This document shows, one piece after another, positions 38,989 to 52,292 of a DNA stretch of 64,000 bases. Both the position numbers and the translations under genes were made by a program. The notes under the pieces were generated by a model. It was not told the origin of the DNA. It saw only the letters and a program-made list of their open reading frames with translations, and made no database searches. Source of the DNA: Octopus sinensis (taxonomy: Eukaryota). How positions within the stretch are numbered: the first letter of the stretch is position 1; every line of letters starts with the position of its first letter. The stretch covers positions 49,166,001 to 49,230,000 of the forward strand of contig NC_043009.1 in the NCBI RefSeq assembly GCF_006345805.1, read 5' to 3'.

Positions 38989-39336
38989 GTGTGGTGTGTG
39001 TGTGTATGTTTGTATGTATGTATATATGTATGTATGTATCTATACACACACACACATACATACGCATACATACATGGATACATGCACACGAACACACACA
39101 TAGTGAGAAAATAAATTTGGCCGTCTGCCTAGTTAAAAGGAATCAATATTGCGTGCTCACACAAGCAAACTCAACGGCGCAAAACCACACCTGTCTGTGT
39201 TCATTTCTTCCTACCTTTACCCAGACGGAGATACCTAACGTGGATAGATATGTAGATAGATAGGTAGAGAGAGAGAGTGAGAGAGAGAGAGAGAGAGAGG
39301 GAGGTGGCTCATAGATAGATGGATATATATATATAT

Positions 39337-39385
<49 letters not shown>

Positions 39386-39398
39386 CAGATAGACAGAC

Positions 39399-39474
<76 letters not shown>

Positions 39475-39567
39475 GTGTACATATATGTGTGTATACAAAC
39501 ACACAGACATATATCTGTGTTTATTATAAATATATTCTGTATACGTGTATGTGTTAATACACATTCA

Positions 39568-39603
<36 letters not shown>

Positions 39604-39625
39604 CACACACACACACATATATATA

Positions 39626-39661
<36 letters not shown>

Positions 39662-39882
39662 CATGTATCTATCTATGTCTGCGTGCTTGCATATATGCGT
39701 ATAAATATATATAGATATACATGTCTGATTACAAGTATAGATGTATGTATATATATATATATATATGTATGTATGTGTGAGTGTGTGTGTGTGTGTGTGT
39801 GTTCATACGGACACGCATATACACTCACCATACATACATATCCATACATGCATTCGTTTACACATACAACGATACATATAGT

Positions 39883-39921
<39 letters not shown>

Positions 39922-40028
39922 GCACAAGAAAAAAGTGACGGTTGAGAAAAAGAGAGAGGGAGGAGAGAGAGAGAGATGAATGAATAAGAGAGAGAATGAA
40001 AGTGAAAGTTAGAGAAAGAAAGGGAGAA

Positions 40029-40062
<34 letters not shown>

Positions 40063-40408
40063 CGAAAGAAAAACAGAATGAAAGGCAAAAATGAAAGAGA
40101 GCGAAACAAAATCAAACGAAAAAAATATAAAATTAAATAAAAAAAATTGTTTAGTGGTCTGTCTCAGTTGACTGGTCATTCTCAATTACCATTGAAGGAG
40201 ACACATCGCAATAGATTTCTTATTTGGTGCGTTGTAAGTCCTCTTATATTCCTCCGCATCATCACGTCATAAAATGTCTTCAAAAATAAATGTTCTCTTT
40301 ATATTCACTAGTGTTATTTTAATCGTCAGTTTCGTTATTTTTATTTGATTATATATTTTACTACACATATATATATACATATATATACATATATATACAT
40401 ATTTATAA

Positions 40409-40449
<41 letters not shown>

Positions 40450-41110
40450 GGTGTGTGTATGTATAGATTATGTATGTTTGTTTGTTTTTAGTTTTGTCGT
40501 TGTTATTTTGTTTGTTGGTTTTATATTTTCAATTTCCTCTGTAATGCTTTGGTACTTTCTTTGTTCGTATTCTCTCAGACAACCCTGTAGAATAACAGAG
40601 TTCTGGCCACAGTCTGCTAATCTTCAAACGTCCAAGGTGTGTATACAGATATATATACATATATAAATCTATAATATTATATATATATATATATACTGGC
40701 GTTTGCTGCGTGTGTTTGGAGGTTATGTGATGTTTCTGTACGTATGTAGCTTTGTATGCGGCTATCTGTATGTATGTATGTATGTATGTATGTATGTATG
40801 TATGTATGTATGTATGTATGTATGTATGTATGTATGTATGTGTATGTGTGTGGCTATATATTGGAATTTGTGGGCGTTTACGATTGCGTATATTTGTGTA
40901 TGTGTATTTTAGTGTTTGTATGAATGCATTATATATCATCTGTTCGTATACAATTTTAGTGTATTTCCGTTTGCATTCTATCGGTATGTGTGCATACGTG
41001 TATGCGTTTGTATGTATGCATAGATGTGTATGTATGTACATGTATGTATGTATGCATATATGTACGTATGTATGTATGTATGTATGTATGTATGTATGCA
41101 TGCATGCATG

Positions 41111-41144
<34 letters not shown>

Positions 41145-41289
41145 TGTATGCATGTATGTATGTATGTATGCATGTACGTACATATGTATATATGTATGTA
41201 GCAATTATATATATATATATATATATATGGGTACGTGTGTATTTGTTTTGTTTTGTGCGTCCATATATGTGTGTATGATTTATGTCAGA

Positions 41290-41612
41290 CGTGTGGTAAG
41301 AAGCTTATTTCCCAACTACATGGTTCCGGGTTCACTCCTACGGCGCAGTATCTTGAGGGCAAGTGTCTTATGTGTGTATATGCGTCTGTGTGCGTGTGTG
41401 TGTGTCTTTGTGTCTGCGTTTGTCCCCAATCACCGCTTGACAACCGGTGTTGGTGTGTTTACGTCCCCGAAAACTAGTGGTCTGCAAAAGTGACCGATAA
41501 AATTAGTTCTAGGATTTTAAAAGATATGTGCTGGCATCGATTTAGTCGATGGAAAATCTCCTACACGATGCCCCAGCACGGCCGCAGTCAAATGACAAAC
41601 GCAAGTAAAAGA
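41290..41612 (+). mobile_element. SINE family A, internally deleted
   Basis: Head and 3' half recognisable. Confidence 0.75.
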
Positions 41613-41751
41613 CGTATGTAAGTAAATATCATACATGTATGTATATATTCGTCTATGTACACGTGAATATGTATGCAATGTATGTATGCGTCAAAGTGCG
41701 TATCTCTTTCACTTTGCGCATGCGCGGGGTTGTTTAAGAACTTACTCTTTT

Positions 41752-42125
41752 ATTCTCTTACTTGGTTCAGTCATTTGACTGAGGCCATGCTGGGTAACCG
41801 CCTTTCGACCCCAAGGCTTATTCTGTGTAAGTCTAGTACTTATTCTATCGGCTTCCTTTGCCGAACCGCCGGGTTTCGGGGGACGTAAACACACCAGCAT
41901 CAGTTGTCAAGCGAAGGTGGGGGAACAAACAAATACACGCACACATACACACACATGTGTATATATATACATACGACGGGCTTCTTTCAGTTTCCGTCTA
42001 CTAAATCCACTCACAAGGCTTTGGTCGGCACGTGGGTATAGTAGAAGACACTTGCCCAAGGTCCCACGATGTGGCACTGAACCCTGAACCAAGTGGTTGA
42101 TAAGCAAGCTACTTACCACACAACC
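41752..42125 (-). mobile_element. SINE family A
   Basis: Reverse complement of the family A sequence. Confidence 0.85.
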
Positions 42126-42244
42126 ACTTGTATATGTTTTCATGTACGTTTGTATGTGTCTGTTTGAAGGTATGCAAAGTGTTTGTGCGTGTCATTTGTG
42201 TAGAGTGTATCTCAACGTATGTAAGAGTATATATGCGCATGAAA

Positions 42245-42650
42245 GGGCATCGAACTGGCAAAATCGTTAGCACCCCGAGCGAAATGCTTAGCGATATTTC
42301 GTCTGCCGTTACGTTCTGAGTTCAAATTCTGCAGAGGTCGACTTTGTCTTTCATCCTTTCGGGGTCGATAAATTAAGTAGCAGTTACGCACCGGGGTCGA
42401 TATGATCGACTTAATCCGTTTGTCTGTCTTTCTTTGTCCTCTCTGTGTGTAGCCCCTTGTGGGCTGTAAAGAAATAGGTATTTTGTCTGCCGAGTTCAAA
42501 TTCCGCCGAGATCGGCTTTACCTTTCATCCTCTTGGGGTCGATTAAATAAGCACCAGTTACGCATTGGGGTCGATGTAATCGACTTATTGCCTTTGTCTG
42601 TGCTCGTTTGTCCCCTCTATGTTTAGTCCCTTGTGGGCAATAAAGAAATA
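42245..42650 (+). mobile_element. Two tandem SINE family B copies, the second 5'-truncated
   Basis: gagttcaaattc...aaagaaata block occurs twice. Confidence 0.85.
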
Positions 42651-43118
42651 TATATATATATATATGTATATATATGAGAGGTTATGAGAGGTAATAGTGT
42701 CAGTGAGACCCAAAGGTATCAGGTAATGCTGAATAAGTGCTGTTATAGCTATCACCTCATTGCTTACTGTTAGCCTCAAATAAACAACTACACTTCCTCC
42801 AAATTGAATTTGTGAGTGATGTAGGACAACAAACCCGAAGGAGGTGTTTAAACTTCAGACGATGGGTTGTATTAAACGCAGCGCCGACTGCCGCAAAGTA
42901 GAGTGTATCCACTGACATCTTTTCGGTCCGTTCAAAAATTCTATACGCTCCACCCCCAATTTCCATGACACGTTACGGCCTGGAATACTCCAAACAGGGG
43001 CATGACATGTCGATTAGATGAATTAGCCCATCATTTACTCCACAAAAGTTTTGTCGTCAATGCTGCACTTTCCCGTATCACCTGTTTCAGCATAACTGTA
43101 ATATATATATATATATAA

Positions 43119-43168
43119 ATAAAAACTATGTCACTTTGATCCGAGCAACGCCGGGTATCTCTGCTTGT
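43119..43168 (+). mobile_element. Helitron-like 3' terminus
   Basis: Hairpin tccgagcaacgccggg (43140-43155) followed 8 nt later by CTTG-T, a variant of CTAG-T, then (TA)n. Confidence 0.45.
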
Positions 43169-43213
43169 ATATATATATATAATATGCGTGTGTCAGTAGA
43201 TGTATATATATAC

Positions 43214-43297
<84 letters not shown>

Positions 43298-43322
43298 TAT
43301 ATATATATATATATATGCATAT

Positions 43323-43353
<31 letters not shown>

Positions 43354-43373
43354 CATACATATATTATATATAT

Positions 43374-43425
<52 letters not shown>

Positions 43426-43427
<2 letters not shown>

Positions 43428-43604
43428 GGCGCAGGAGTGGCTGTGTGGTAAGTAGCTTGCTAAACAGCCACATGGGTCAGGGTTCAGTCCCACTGCGTGG
43501 CTACTTGGGCGAGTGTCTTCTGCTATAGCCCCGGGCCGACCAATGGCTTGTGAGTGGATTTGGTAGACGGAAACTGAAAGAAGCCTGTCGTATATATGTA
43601 TATG

Positions 43605-43636
<32 letters not shown>

Positions 43637-43826
43637 TTGCTTGACAACCGATGCTGGTGTGTTTTATGTCCCCGACACTTAGCGGTTCGGCAAAAAAGAG
43701 ACCGATAGAATAAGTAATGGGCTTACAAGAAATAAGTCCCGGGGTCGATTTGCTCGACTAAAAGGCGTGCGTTCCAGCATGGCCGCAGTCAATGACTGAA
43801 ACAAGTAAAAGAGTAAAAGAGTTAAA
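43426..43826 (+). mobile_element. SINE family A
   Basis: Head through the aaagagtaaaagag tail. Confidence 0.88.
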
Positions 43827-44368
43827 AGATATATATACATATACATATATATATATATTAACAGTATCGCCAAGCTAATTATATATATATATATATATGC
43901 TCCTCTGCTCTATTCTTCCTTGCCTTCCATTCTTCAAATGTTAAATTATTTTGTTAACTACTATAGTTAATATAATCTTCAATATATTTAGAGAGACTTA
44001 GAAATTTTAATATTTTTTCTTGAATTTTTTGCTACCCTTATATTGATTAATTGATGATATATATATATATATACATACACACACACACAACCTTAATCAC
44101 CAATTCAACATGGATGTTGTGCTAGAACACAGAATATTGCGTTATTCTCCTTGAGACGACCTCTCATAATGGATTTGTGGCCCATATAAGCACTCGTTTT
44201 TATATCATATTTGGGCTCCTCAATGTCAGGGTACGGTAGTGACATAACAGCCGATGTGTGTGTGTGTGTGTGCCTGTGTGTGTATGTGCGTTTCTTATTT
44301 CATCGAACCGGAAGGATAAAAGTCAAAGTCGACCTAGGCGGAATTTGAACTCAATAATAATAACAACC

Positions 44369-44461
<93 letters not shown>

Positions 44462-44725
44462 GCAACAACAGCAGCAACAATATTGTGAGGATGGGAACAA
44501 AACTATACCTTTTAGAGAAAGATATTGAAGATCATATCAACTATAGTAATTAACAAAATAATTTAATGACATTTGAAGAATGGAAGGCAAGCTCAACCTT
44601 TAGGAATAGAACAGAGGAACATAACTAAATATCCAAAGCCATTTCACCAACCTGCTGTCTATTTTACTACAAGTTTATCTTTATGAGAATATTTGTTCAA
44701 TCGGTTTAACCAACTACTATTAGTT

Positions 44726-45059
44726 CAGGGGACGCCGTCGGTCACGACACTGACCATGGGATTGTACCTAGAAAGTTACCCTCCTAGTCACAAGTCTGGG
44801 CAAGGTGGTTTATGGAAGACCAGCAGTCGCCCATGCATACCGGCCTCCCCTCTCCACGCCACCAGTGTTATCCAAGGGAAATGTAAAGGCCGATACAGCT
44901 TGGCACCCGTGACGTTGAAACTCATTTCTACAGCTGAGTTAACTGGAGCAACGTGAAAGTGTCTTGCTCAAGAACACAACACGCAGCCCGGTCCGGGATT
45001 CGAGCTCACAACTTCACGATCGTAAGCTCGACGCTCTAACCACTGAGCCATGCGCCTTC
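44726..45059 (-). mobile_element. SINE family D, full length, 10-bp TSD
   Basis: Reverse complement starts aaggcgcatggctcagtggttagagcg; TSD actattagtt at 44716-44725 and 45060-45069. Confidence 0.92.
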
Positions 45060-45282
45060 ACTATTAGTTAACCTGTACGCTTTAAACGACTGATGCTTAA
45101 TTAGTTTTATACTCTTACACATGGAGATGAAACACAAAGTCAGCCTCGTTGGAATTTAATTCCAGAACGTAAAGGAACAAAGCAAAATACTACAATACGG
45201 CAGCATTTTCTTACATGGCAGAAGTGAGGTATGTTGTACAACAGTACAACGTTTTATCTCTTTCAAACAGAACGTATATATA

Positions 45283-45829
45283 CGAGAGTGAGTCAAAAAG
45301 TAATGTCATTTTGTTAAGGACGGGTATAATTACCAACACAGGAACATGTATCATACATCAAAATGAGGCTGGTCCTCTGTGGATCGCATCCCTACTTCTC
45401 AACAGAGTCGCTGTTTCTCTCAATAGCAATGTTCCACCTTCGAATGAGAGCATGTATCCCTGCCCCGTAAAAGTCTGTTGACTGTTCTTTGAGCCACTTC
45501 TTCACTACAATTTTCACTTCCTCGTCACTGGACTATCATTGTCGGCCTCATGAAAGAGGGTTTGAGAGGCAAACATTATTCCAGTGACGATGAAGTGAAA
45601 ACTGTAGTGAAGAAGTGGCTCAAACAACAGTCAACAGAATTTTACGGGGCAGGGATACATGCTCTCATTCGAAGGTGGAACATCGCTATTGAGAGAAACG
45701 GTGACTATGTTGAGGAGTAAGGATGTGATTCACAGAGGACCAGCTTCATTTTGATGTATGATACATGTTCTTGTGTTGATAATTATACCTGTCCTAAACA
45801 AAATGACATTACTTTTTGACTCACCCTCG
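45283..45829. mobile_element. Palindromic mariner derivative built from two inverted 3' ends
   Basis: Arms 45283-45532 and 45580-45829, TA on both sides. Right arm encodes GKHYSSDDEVKTVVKKWLKQQSTEFYGAGIHALIRRWNIAIERNGDYVEE-stop. Confidence 0.9.
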
Positions 45830-45987
45830 TATGATATTCAATTGTGATTTCAGTCGGTAACAATCTCTCTTTCTTAGACAGGTTAATCTCCTCTCAAAGT
45901 GACGTTTCAACACATCTTTCTATACGATGACCCCCATGGATACTTTATTTCTACTGTTTTTTGTTTTTTATAATTGCAAAATTTATT

Positions 45988-46276
45988 ATAGGCGTAGGAG
46001 TGGCTGTGTGGTAAGTAGCTTGCTTACGAACCACATGGTTCCGGGTTCAGTCCCACTGCGTGGCACCTTGGGCAAGTGTCTTCTGCTATAGCCCCGGGCC
46101 GACCAAAGCCTTGTGAGTGGATTTGGTAGACGGAAACTGAAAGAAGCCCGTCGTATATATGTATATATATATATATATATATGTATGTGTGCGTGTATAT
46201 GTTTGTGTGTCTGTGTTTGTCCTCCCAACATCGCTTGACAACCGATGGTGGTGTGTTTACCTTCCCGTAACTTAGC
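45988..46276 (+). mobile_element. SINE family A, 3'-truncated
   Basis: Inverted near-duplicate of 47172-47465. Confidence 0.9.
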
Positions 46277-47049
46277 ATTTTTCGTCATTTGATGCTCATT
46301 ATTTCAGAGAGTTTTTTTAAAAAAATTTTAATGCTGCACAAACATTAAAAATAAATATGTGTAGACTCTGGAGACGATGCCATAGCTAGGAGAACTTTTC
46401 GTAAGTGGCTCACAAGGTTTACGAAGAAAATTTTTATCTGTGTGCGTGTGTGCTTGTGTGTGTGTGTGTGTGTGTCTGGGTTTGTGTATGGGGGGTGGAT
46501 GTGTATGTGTGTCTGTGTGTATATGTATAATTTATGTGACTAGAATGTTTGTGTTTATGAGTTCGTTCATGAGTACTACAGGAAGCATGTAATTCAGTGC
46601 GTGTTATAAGGTTAAATAGTTGTTGACAAAACCGCCAAACCCACCAGGATATCCTGATGAAGAGGGCTGCTATAAATTCCATAGCCCAAAACCAAAAACA
46701 TGCCAAAAGTTCGGATGAACCTAGCATAATATCAAACCCACTAACAGGTAATATTGGTATCAAATTTTGGTACAAGGCCGGCAAGTTCAAGGGAGGAAAC
46801 AAGTCTGTTACACCGACCTTAGGGTTCCACTGATATTTATTTTATCAACCTCGAAAGGATGAAGGGTAAAGTTGACCTCGACAGAATTTGAACTCAGAAC
46901 GTAAAGGACAAAATGCCACTAAACTAACTTGTAATATTAACCGTTGGCACACAAACACCCGAGATGGAAACCGAACTCGCTGTAAGACAGTAATTGCACC
47001 TGCTAGCACATTTTATTGCGCCCGCAATGATGTACATGATATACTCTTT

Positions 47050-47457
47050 TACAAGATATACTCATTTGATTGTGGCCATGCTGGAGCACCGTCTTTTAGT
47101 CGAGCAAATTGAACCCAGGACTTATTCTTTGGAAGCCTAGTACTTATTCTATCGGTCACTTTTGCCGAACCGCTAAGTTACGGGGACGTAAACACACCAC
47201 CATCGGTTGTCAAGCGATATTGGGAGGACAAACACAGACACACAAACATATACACGCACACATACATATATATATATATATACATATATACGACGGGCTT
47301 CTTTCAGTTTCCGTCTACCAAATCTACTCGCAAGGCTTTGGTCGGCCCGGGGCTATAGTAGAAGACACTTGCCCATGGTGCCACGCAGTGGGACTGAACC
47401 CGGAACCCATGTGGTTCGTAAGCAAGCTACTTACCACACAGCCACTCCTACGCCTAT
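47050..47457 (-). mobile_element. SINE family A
   Basis: Full head, body and most of the 3' half. Confidence 0.9.
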
Positions 47458-47792
47458 AATAAATTATAAAATTTATACAATACTCGTATACCCATTTGCG
47501 ACGTAGGTCTCGTTTCCACTACGACTTAAAACGGTTAGACTCGAACAGAAATCGTCCGATAATTGCCGTTTGAATGAAATTTTTTTTTTCACTATAAAAC
47601 ACATATTGCTAAATGTATACTATCATCCACAAGAGGCCTAACTACACTCTAGCTTATAATACCTCATAAGTAATATAAACGTCCTAAATTCAGTGGTGGC
47701 GTTAATGAAGATGTTACGCGTGAATTTAATGTTTTAAACTTATCTTTATTAATGTATATCAAATCATACATTGATATATACAAGATTTACAC

Positions 47793-48175
47793 AGGCGCAG
47801 GAGTGGCTGTGTGGTAAGTAGCTTGTTTACCAGCCACATGGTTCCGGGTTCAGTCCCACTGCGTGGCATCTTGGGTAAGTGTCTTCTACTATAGCCTTGG
47901 GCCGACTAAAGCCTTGTGAGTGGATTTGGTAGACGGAAACTGAAAGAAGCCCGTCGTATATATGTATATATATGCATGTGTGTGTTTGTGTGTCTGTGTT
48001 TGTTCCCCTAGCATTGCTTGACAACCGATGAGGTTCGGCAAAAGAGACCGACAGAATAAGTACTGGGCTTACAAAAGAATAAGTCCCGGGTTCGAGTTGC
48101 TCGATTAAAGGCAGTGCTCCAGCACGGCCGCAGTCAAATGACTGAAACAAGTAAAAGAGTAAAAGAGTAAAAGAG
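47793..48175 (+). mobile_element. SINE family A
   Basis: Head through the (aaagagt)n tail. Confidence 0.9.
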
Positions 48176-49741
48176 ATGTAAGAATTAGAACTTGTGGTCC
48201 GCCTGCAGACCTTTTTCATTCGAAAATTTTGCCTACCGCATTAAAACGTTTCGCCACTCCTGCTGTAAGATGACCACGTATGATAAGTAGACTTTTGTAC
48301 GTTATCCTTAGCTAAAGCAGATTTGAATAAGGATGTCATTCTCAGTAAATTCCTTTGGAGTCAAACAGATGTCTTGGATTTATAATATCCAATGATCCTA
48401 TTATTCGATTTGATTTTGGGCGATTTTTCGTATGACCAATCAAAGGAATGTGATGCTGTAGCCGCCATGTTTTCTTTTTAACTACAGATTCTTTTTTGTT
48501 CTTATCCCTGCATATATCTTACTTGTTACCATATGCCGCTTTGCTACCCTTTACGTCTCGTTGTAGACGCATCAGTGATGCATCAGATTTGGTCGCTTGT
48601 TTGTTCTTCGTTAGTTCGATCTCATTCCCGGTCCTATACGTGTCCAGACGACGAGGTTACGACCACACCGAAACCTAAAAACACTTTACAAAGAGACATT
48701 AGATTTCAAAATTAGTCATTAAAACTCACATTCTAAAAACAATTTACGAAATTAGTATTTCGCATTAATACTGGAAATAAATATTTTTCGTGGAAACAGG
48801 AAAATATTCTTAGAGAACTCAAACGGAGATGGCAAAATTTATTATCTGTCCTTAAGTATTGATTCTTCAAAATGCTATACACTTAAATCTATTCAACACA
48901 GTAAAACAGAATCTTCTCCATACATATCGAAATATATAAATATAAACAAACATTAATTTCAAATATCTTCGAATTATACAGGAAGTGATAAAGAATTTTT
49001 ATAACGATAAAGTTGTAAAGAATGTATACAACTCTATCTGGTTGTGGCTAAGACAGACGTTTCGATTCTCTTTATTACTTCCTGCACACTTACAAATTTT
49101 ATCAACTCAAATTCAGTGAGATATTTGTTTCTAATGATGATGGAGCCATATGTCTAGGTGGGTCTCTCACTAGTGAGTCGTGCAAAAAACAACCATATGT
49201 CAGAGCTATACGCTTCTATGATTCATGTATGTATGTATGTAAGTATGTATGTGTGTATGTATGTATGTATGTACGTACGTATGTATGTATTATGTATGTA
49301 TGTGTGTATGTAGGTATGTATGTATGTATGTATGTATTATGTATGTATGTGTGTATGTATGTATGTATGTATGTATGTATGTATGTATGTATGTATGTAT
49401 GTATGCATGTCTATGTATATCTATGTATGTATATGTATACGTATGTATGTATGTATGTATGTATGTATGTATGTATGTATATCTTTAATCTTTTACTTGT
49501 TTCAGTCATTTGACTGCAGCCATACTGGAATACCACTCGGAAGAGTTTTAGTCGAAAAATCGACCCCAGGACGGTTTTTTTTTCCAAGCCTAGTACTTAT
49601 TCTATCAGTCTCTTACGCCGAACCAATATTTTATTGGGACGTAAACACCACCAACAACGGTTGTCAGGAGGTGGTGGGAGACAAACACACACACGCACAC
49701 ACACACACATACACACACACACACAGATATACATGCATATA

Positions 49742-50860
49742 CAGTAGCAGCCGAAATATAAGGGTCAGTAAGTACAAGTGTATTGAAATACTTATTTTAG
49801 GAGATTGATTAAACGGGAAAATTTCAAGTGAATGGAATAAATATATCATAAGTTATGAGGAAATAAACAAATAGTCTTCCAAACTGCAACGCCCAAAAGT
49901 TAAGGGTCATTTATAAAAACAAGGAAAAACGAATATGAACAAAAAAGAAACCCTTACTATTAATACATTATGAACATCCCTTTACTATCAATGACATCCT
50001 GCCATCTTTTACCACAGGACTGAATTAATTTCTTGCAAACTGATAAAATAATATTGTTCCATTCATTTTGCATAATTCCCAGAGTTCATTTTGGTTCTTT
50101 GGATTTCTCCTTCGCGTCCCACTTTCAATAATCTTCCAAACGTTTTCTATAACGTTGAGATCGGGACTCTGAGGTGGCCAGTCCATGAGATCAACCCTTT
50201 CATCATTCAAAAAATATTTGACTCTCTTCGCACTATGACAGGGAGCGTTGTACTGAACGAAGATAGGAGGTTGAACTGACGAGGATCGGAGATATGGAAG
50301 GTCATGCAGTCTAAGAATCTGCTTGTAGATTTCAGTATTGGCAGTCCCTAGTAGGCGAATAAGTGGACAAGAACCAGCAGCAGAGATCATTCCCAAAACC
50401 GTTACACTGCCTCCTCCATATTTCACTGTCTTCTTCACACATGCACGAGATAACCTTTCGCTACTTCTTCGAATGATATACATCCCGCTATCGGAACCAA
50501 TAACATTAAACTTCGATTCATTGCTAAATTGAACCCGCAACCACCGTTCTTCTGTCCAAATGACATGTTCGTAAGCGAAACGAAGACGGGCTATTTGATT
50601 CTTCTTGGAGATCAGATGTTTCTTTGCTGGTGCCCGAGCAAGCAACCCAGAATATCGTAACATCCGAGAAACTGTTTGGCGCGATCCGTTGACATCGGAA
50701 GTGGAGCTAAAACGCGAGATATCTCAGCAGCACTCTTAAACCTATCCTTCAGTGACTTTTTAACCATAATATGATCCTGTGTTGGTGACGTTTTACGAGG
50801 TCTAGCGGTTTTGAGTTTAGCATCTGTCGATTTCTTTTTGTGAAAAGCTTAGCTTATTTA
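49742..50860 (-). mobile_element. Tc1-type (DD34E) transposon relic
   Basis: ORF 50025-50663: VQFSNESKFN, KTVKYGGGSVTVLG, FVQYNAPCH, WPPQSPDLNVIENVW; catalytic Asp positions mutated. TA-CAGT terminus at 49740-49745; the other TIR was not found. Confidence 0.88.
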
Positions 50861-50908
50861 TATATATTGTCACAAAGTCATTTACTCACAAAAGCAAGTG
50901 CTCCAATT

Positions 50909-50940
50909 ATATGTAGAGATATGTAAGTATCTCTGAAAAT

Positions 50941-50978
<38 letters not shown>

Positions 50979-51214
50979 AAGATGGAGACAGAGATAGAGA
51001 GGGGATAACTATGGATCGAAACCTCCAGTTTCTGTATCCAGATTATCAATTCACATTTATACCAATAATTATTACTGGTATAAATGTTAATTGATAATGT
51101 GGATATAGAATCTGGAAGTTTCGGTGCAGTTGTCCGTAGTTATCCCCTCTCTCTCTCTCCCTCTGTATCCATCTCTCTTTCTCCCTCCCTCCCTCCCTCT
51201 CCTCTCTCCCCTCT

Positions 51215-51245
<31 letters not shown>

Positions 51246-51270
51246 GATTTTCAAAGATATATCTACATAT
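50909..51270. repeat. Degenerate ~360-bp inverted repeat including (GA)n/(TC)n arms
   Basis: atatgtaga...ggggataactatgga...catttatacca mirrored by tggtataaatg...tccgtagttatcccc...tctacatat; centre near 51070. Confidence 0.8.
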
Positions 51271-51813
51271 GTACACGTCTAGACATGCTCATATATACTT
51301 AAATGACAAACTTCTGAAAAGTTTTACAGACTTTTATGTCCGCACGTATGTATGTAAGTGTATATGTATGTATGTATGACGGTTGTGGTGACGGCAGTAG
51401 TAGTAGTAGTAGTAGTAATAGTAGTAGTAGTAGTAGTAGTAGTAGATTATACTTGTCTGGAGAGTGGTCAGCGACGAAGCCATAGGTACAGACGCCACTG
51501 CAGAAGATGGTAGGACCACGAGTTGGGTAAGGAGGTGTAAAAGTGTGCCAGGTGGTGGTGGACACACGAATGGTTATTGGTGTTGCTATTGCTATTGTTG
51601 CTGTTGTTGTTGTTGTTGTTGTTGTTGTTGTAGTTGTTGTCGTTGTTGTTGTTGTTGTTGTTGTTGTCGTGGGACATTTGGATGTGTGAGATCTTCAATA
51701 TTGGGAAATGTCCGCTCGCTCACTATTTTGATACCTGTACTGTAACATATGGCTGGACTGTCTTGTAGAGACAAGTCGGAAAGTTTGTGTGTGTGTGTGC
51801 ATGTGTATTTATA

Positions 51814-51859
<46 letters not shown>

Positions 51860-52219
51860 AATATATGTGTGTATATATATATAGAGAGAGAGAGAGAGTG
51901 AGAGAGAGAGAGAGAGTGAGAGAGGGGGGGAGAGGAAGAGAGACTGGAAAAGTGATACATATATATGGATAGGTGCACAGACAGACAATTAGATCGATAG
52001 ATTGATAGATAGATATGTATGTATATATGTGTGTGTATATACTTATACACACACACATATATATATAGAGAGAGAGAGGGGGAGAGAGAAAGAGAGAGAT
52101 TCATTGATCTTCAAACAAAAATTGTTCAATTTCGATACAATTACCTCGCAGTTATGAAGTGGAATGGAAAGTTGAAGTGTTGTCCTCGAAATATGTTCAT
52201 GTGTGCGTCTGAGCGTCTG

Positions 52220-52292
<73 letters not shown>

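Noticed and set aside
45986-46288. Recurrent peptide [41 protein letters not shown] in many ORFs
   Set aside because: Antisense translation of SINE family A, not a gene family.
46654-46715. CUGAUGA followed by a GGGC/GCCC stem and AAAAC
   Set aside because: Three extra nt before stem II, G12 missing and no convincing stem I or III; at best a very old relic.
49040-49075. GAAACGUC motif on the minus strand
   Set aside because: No upstream core or stem II.
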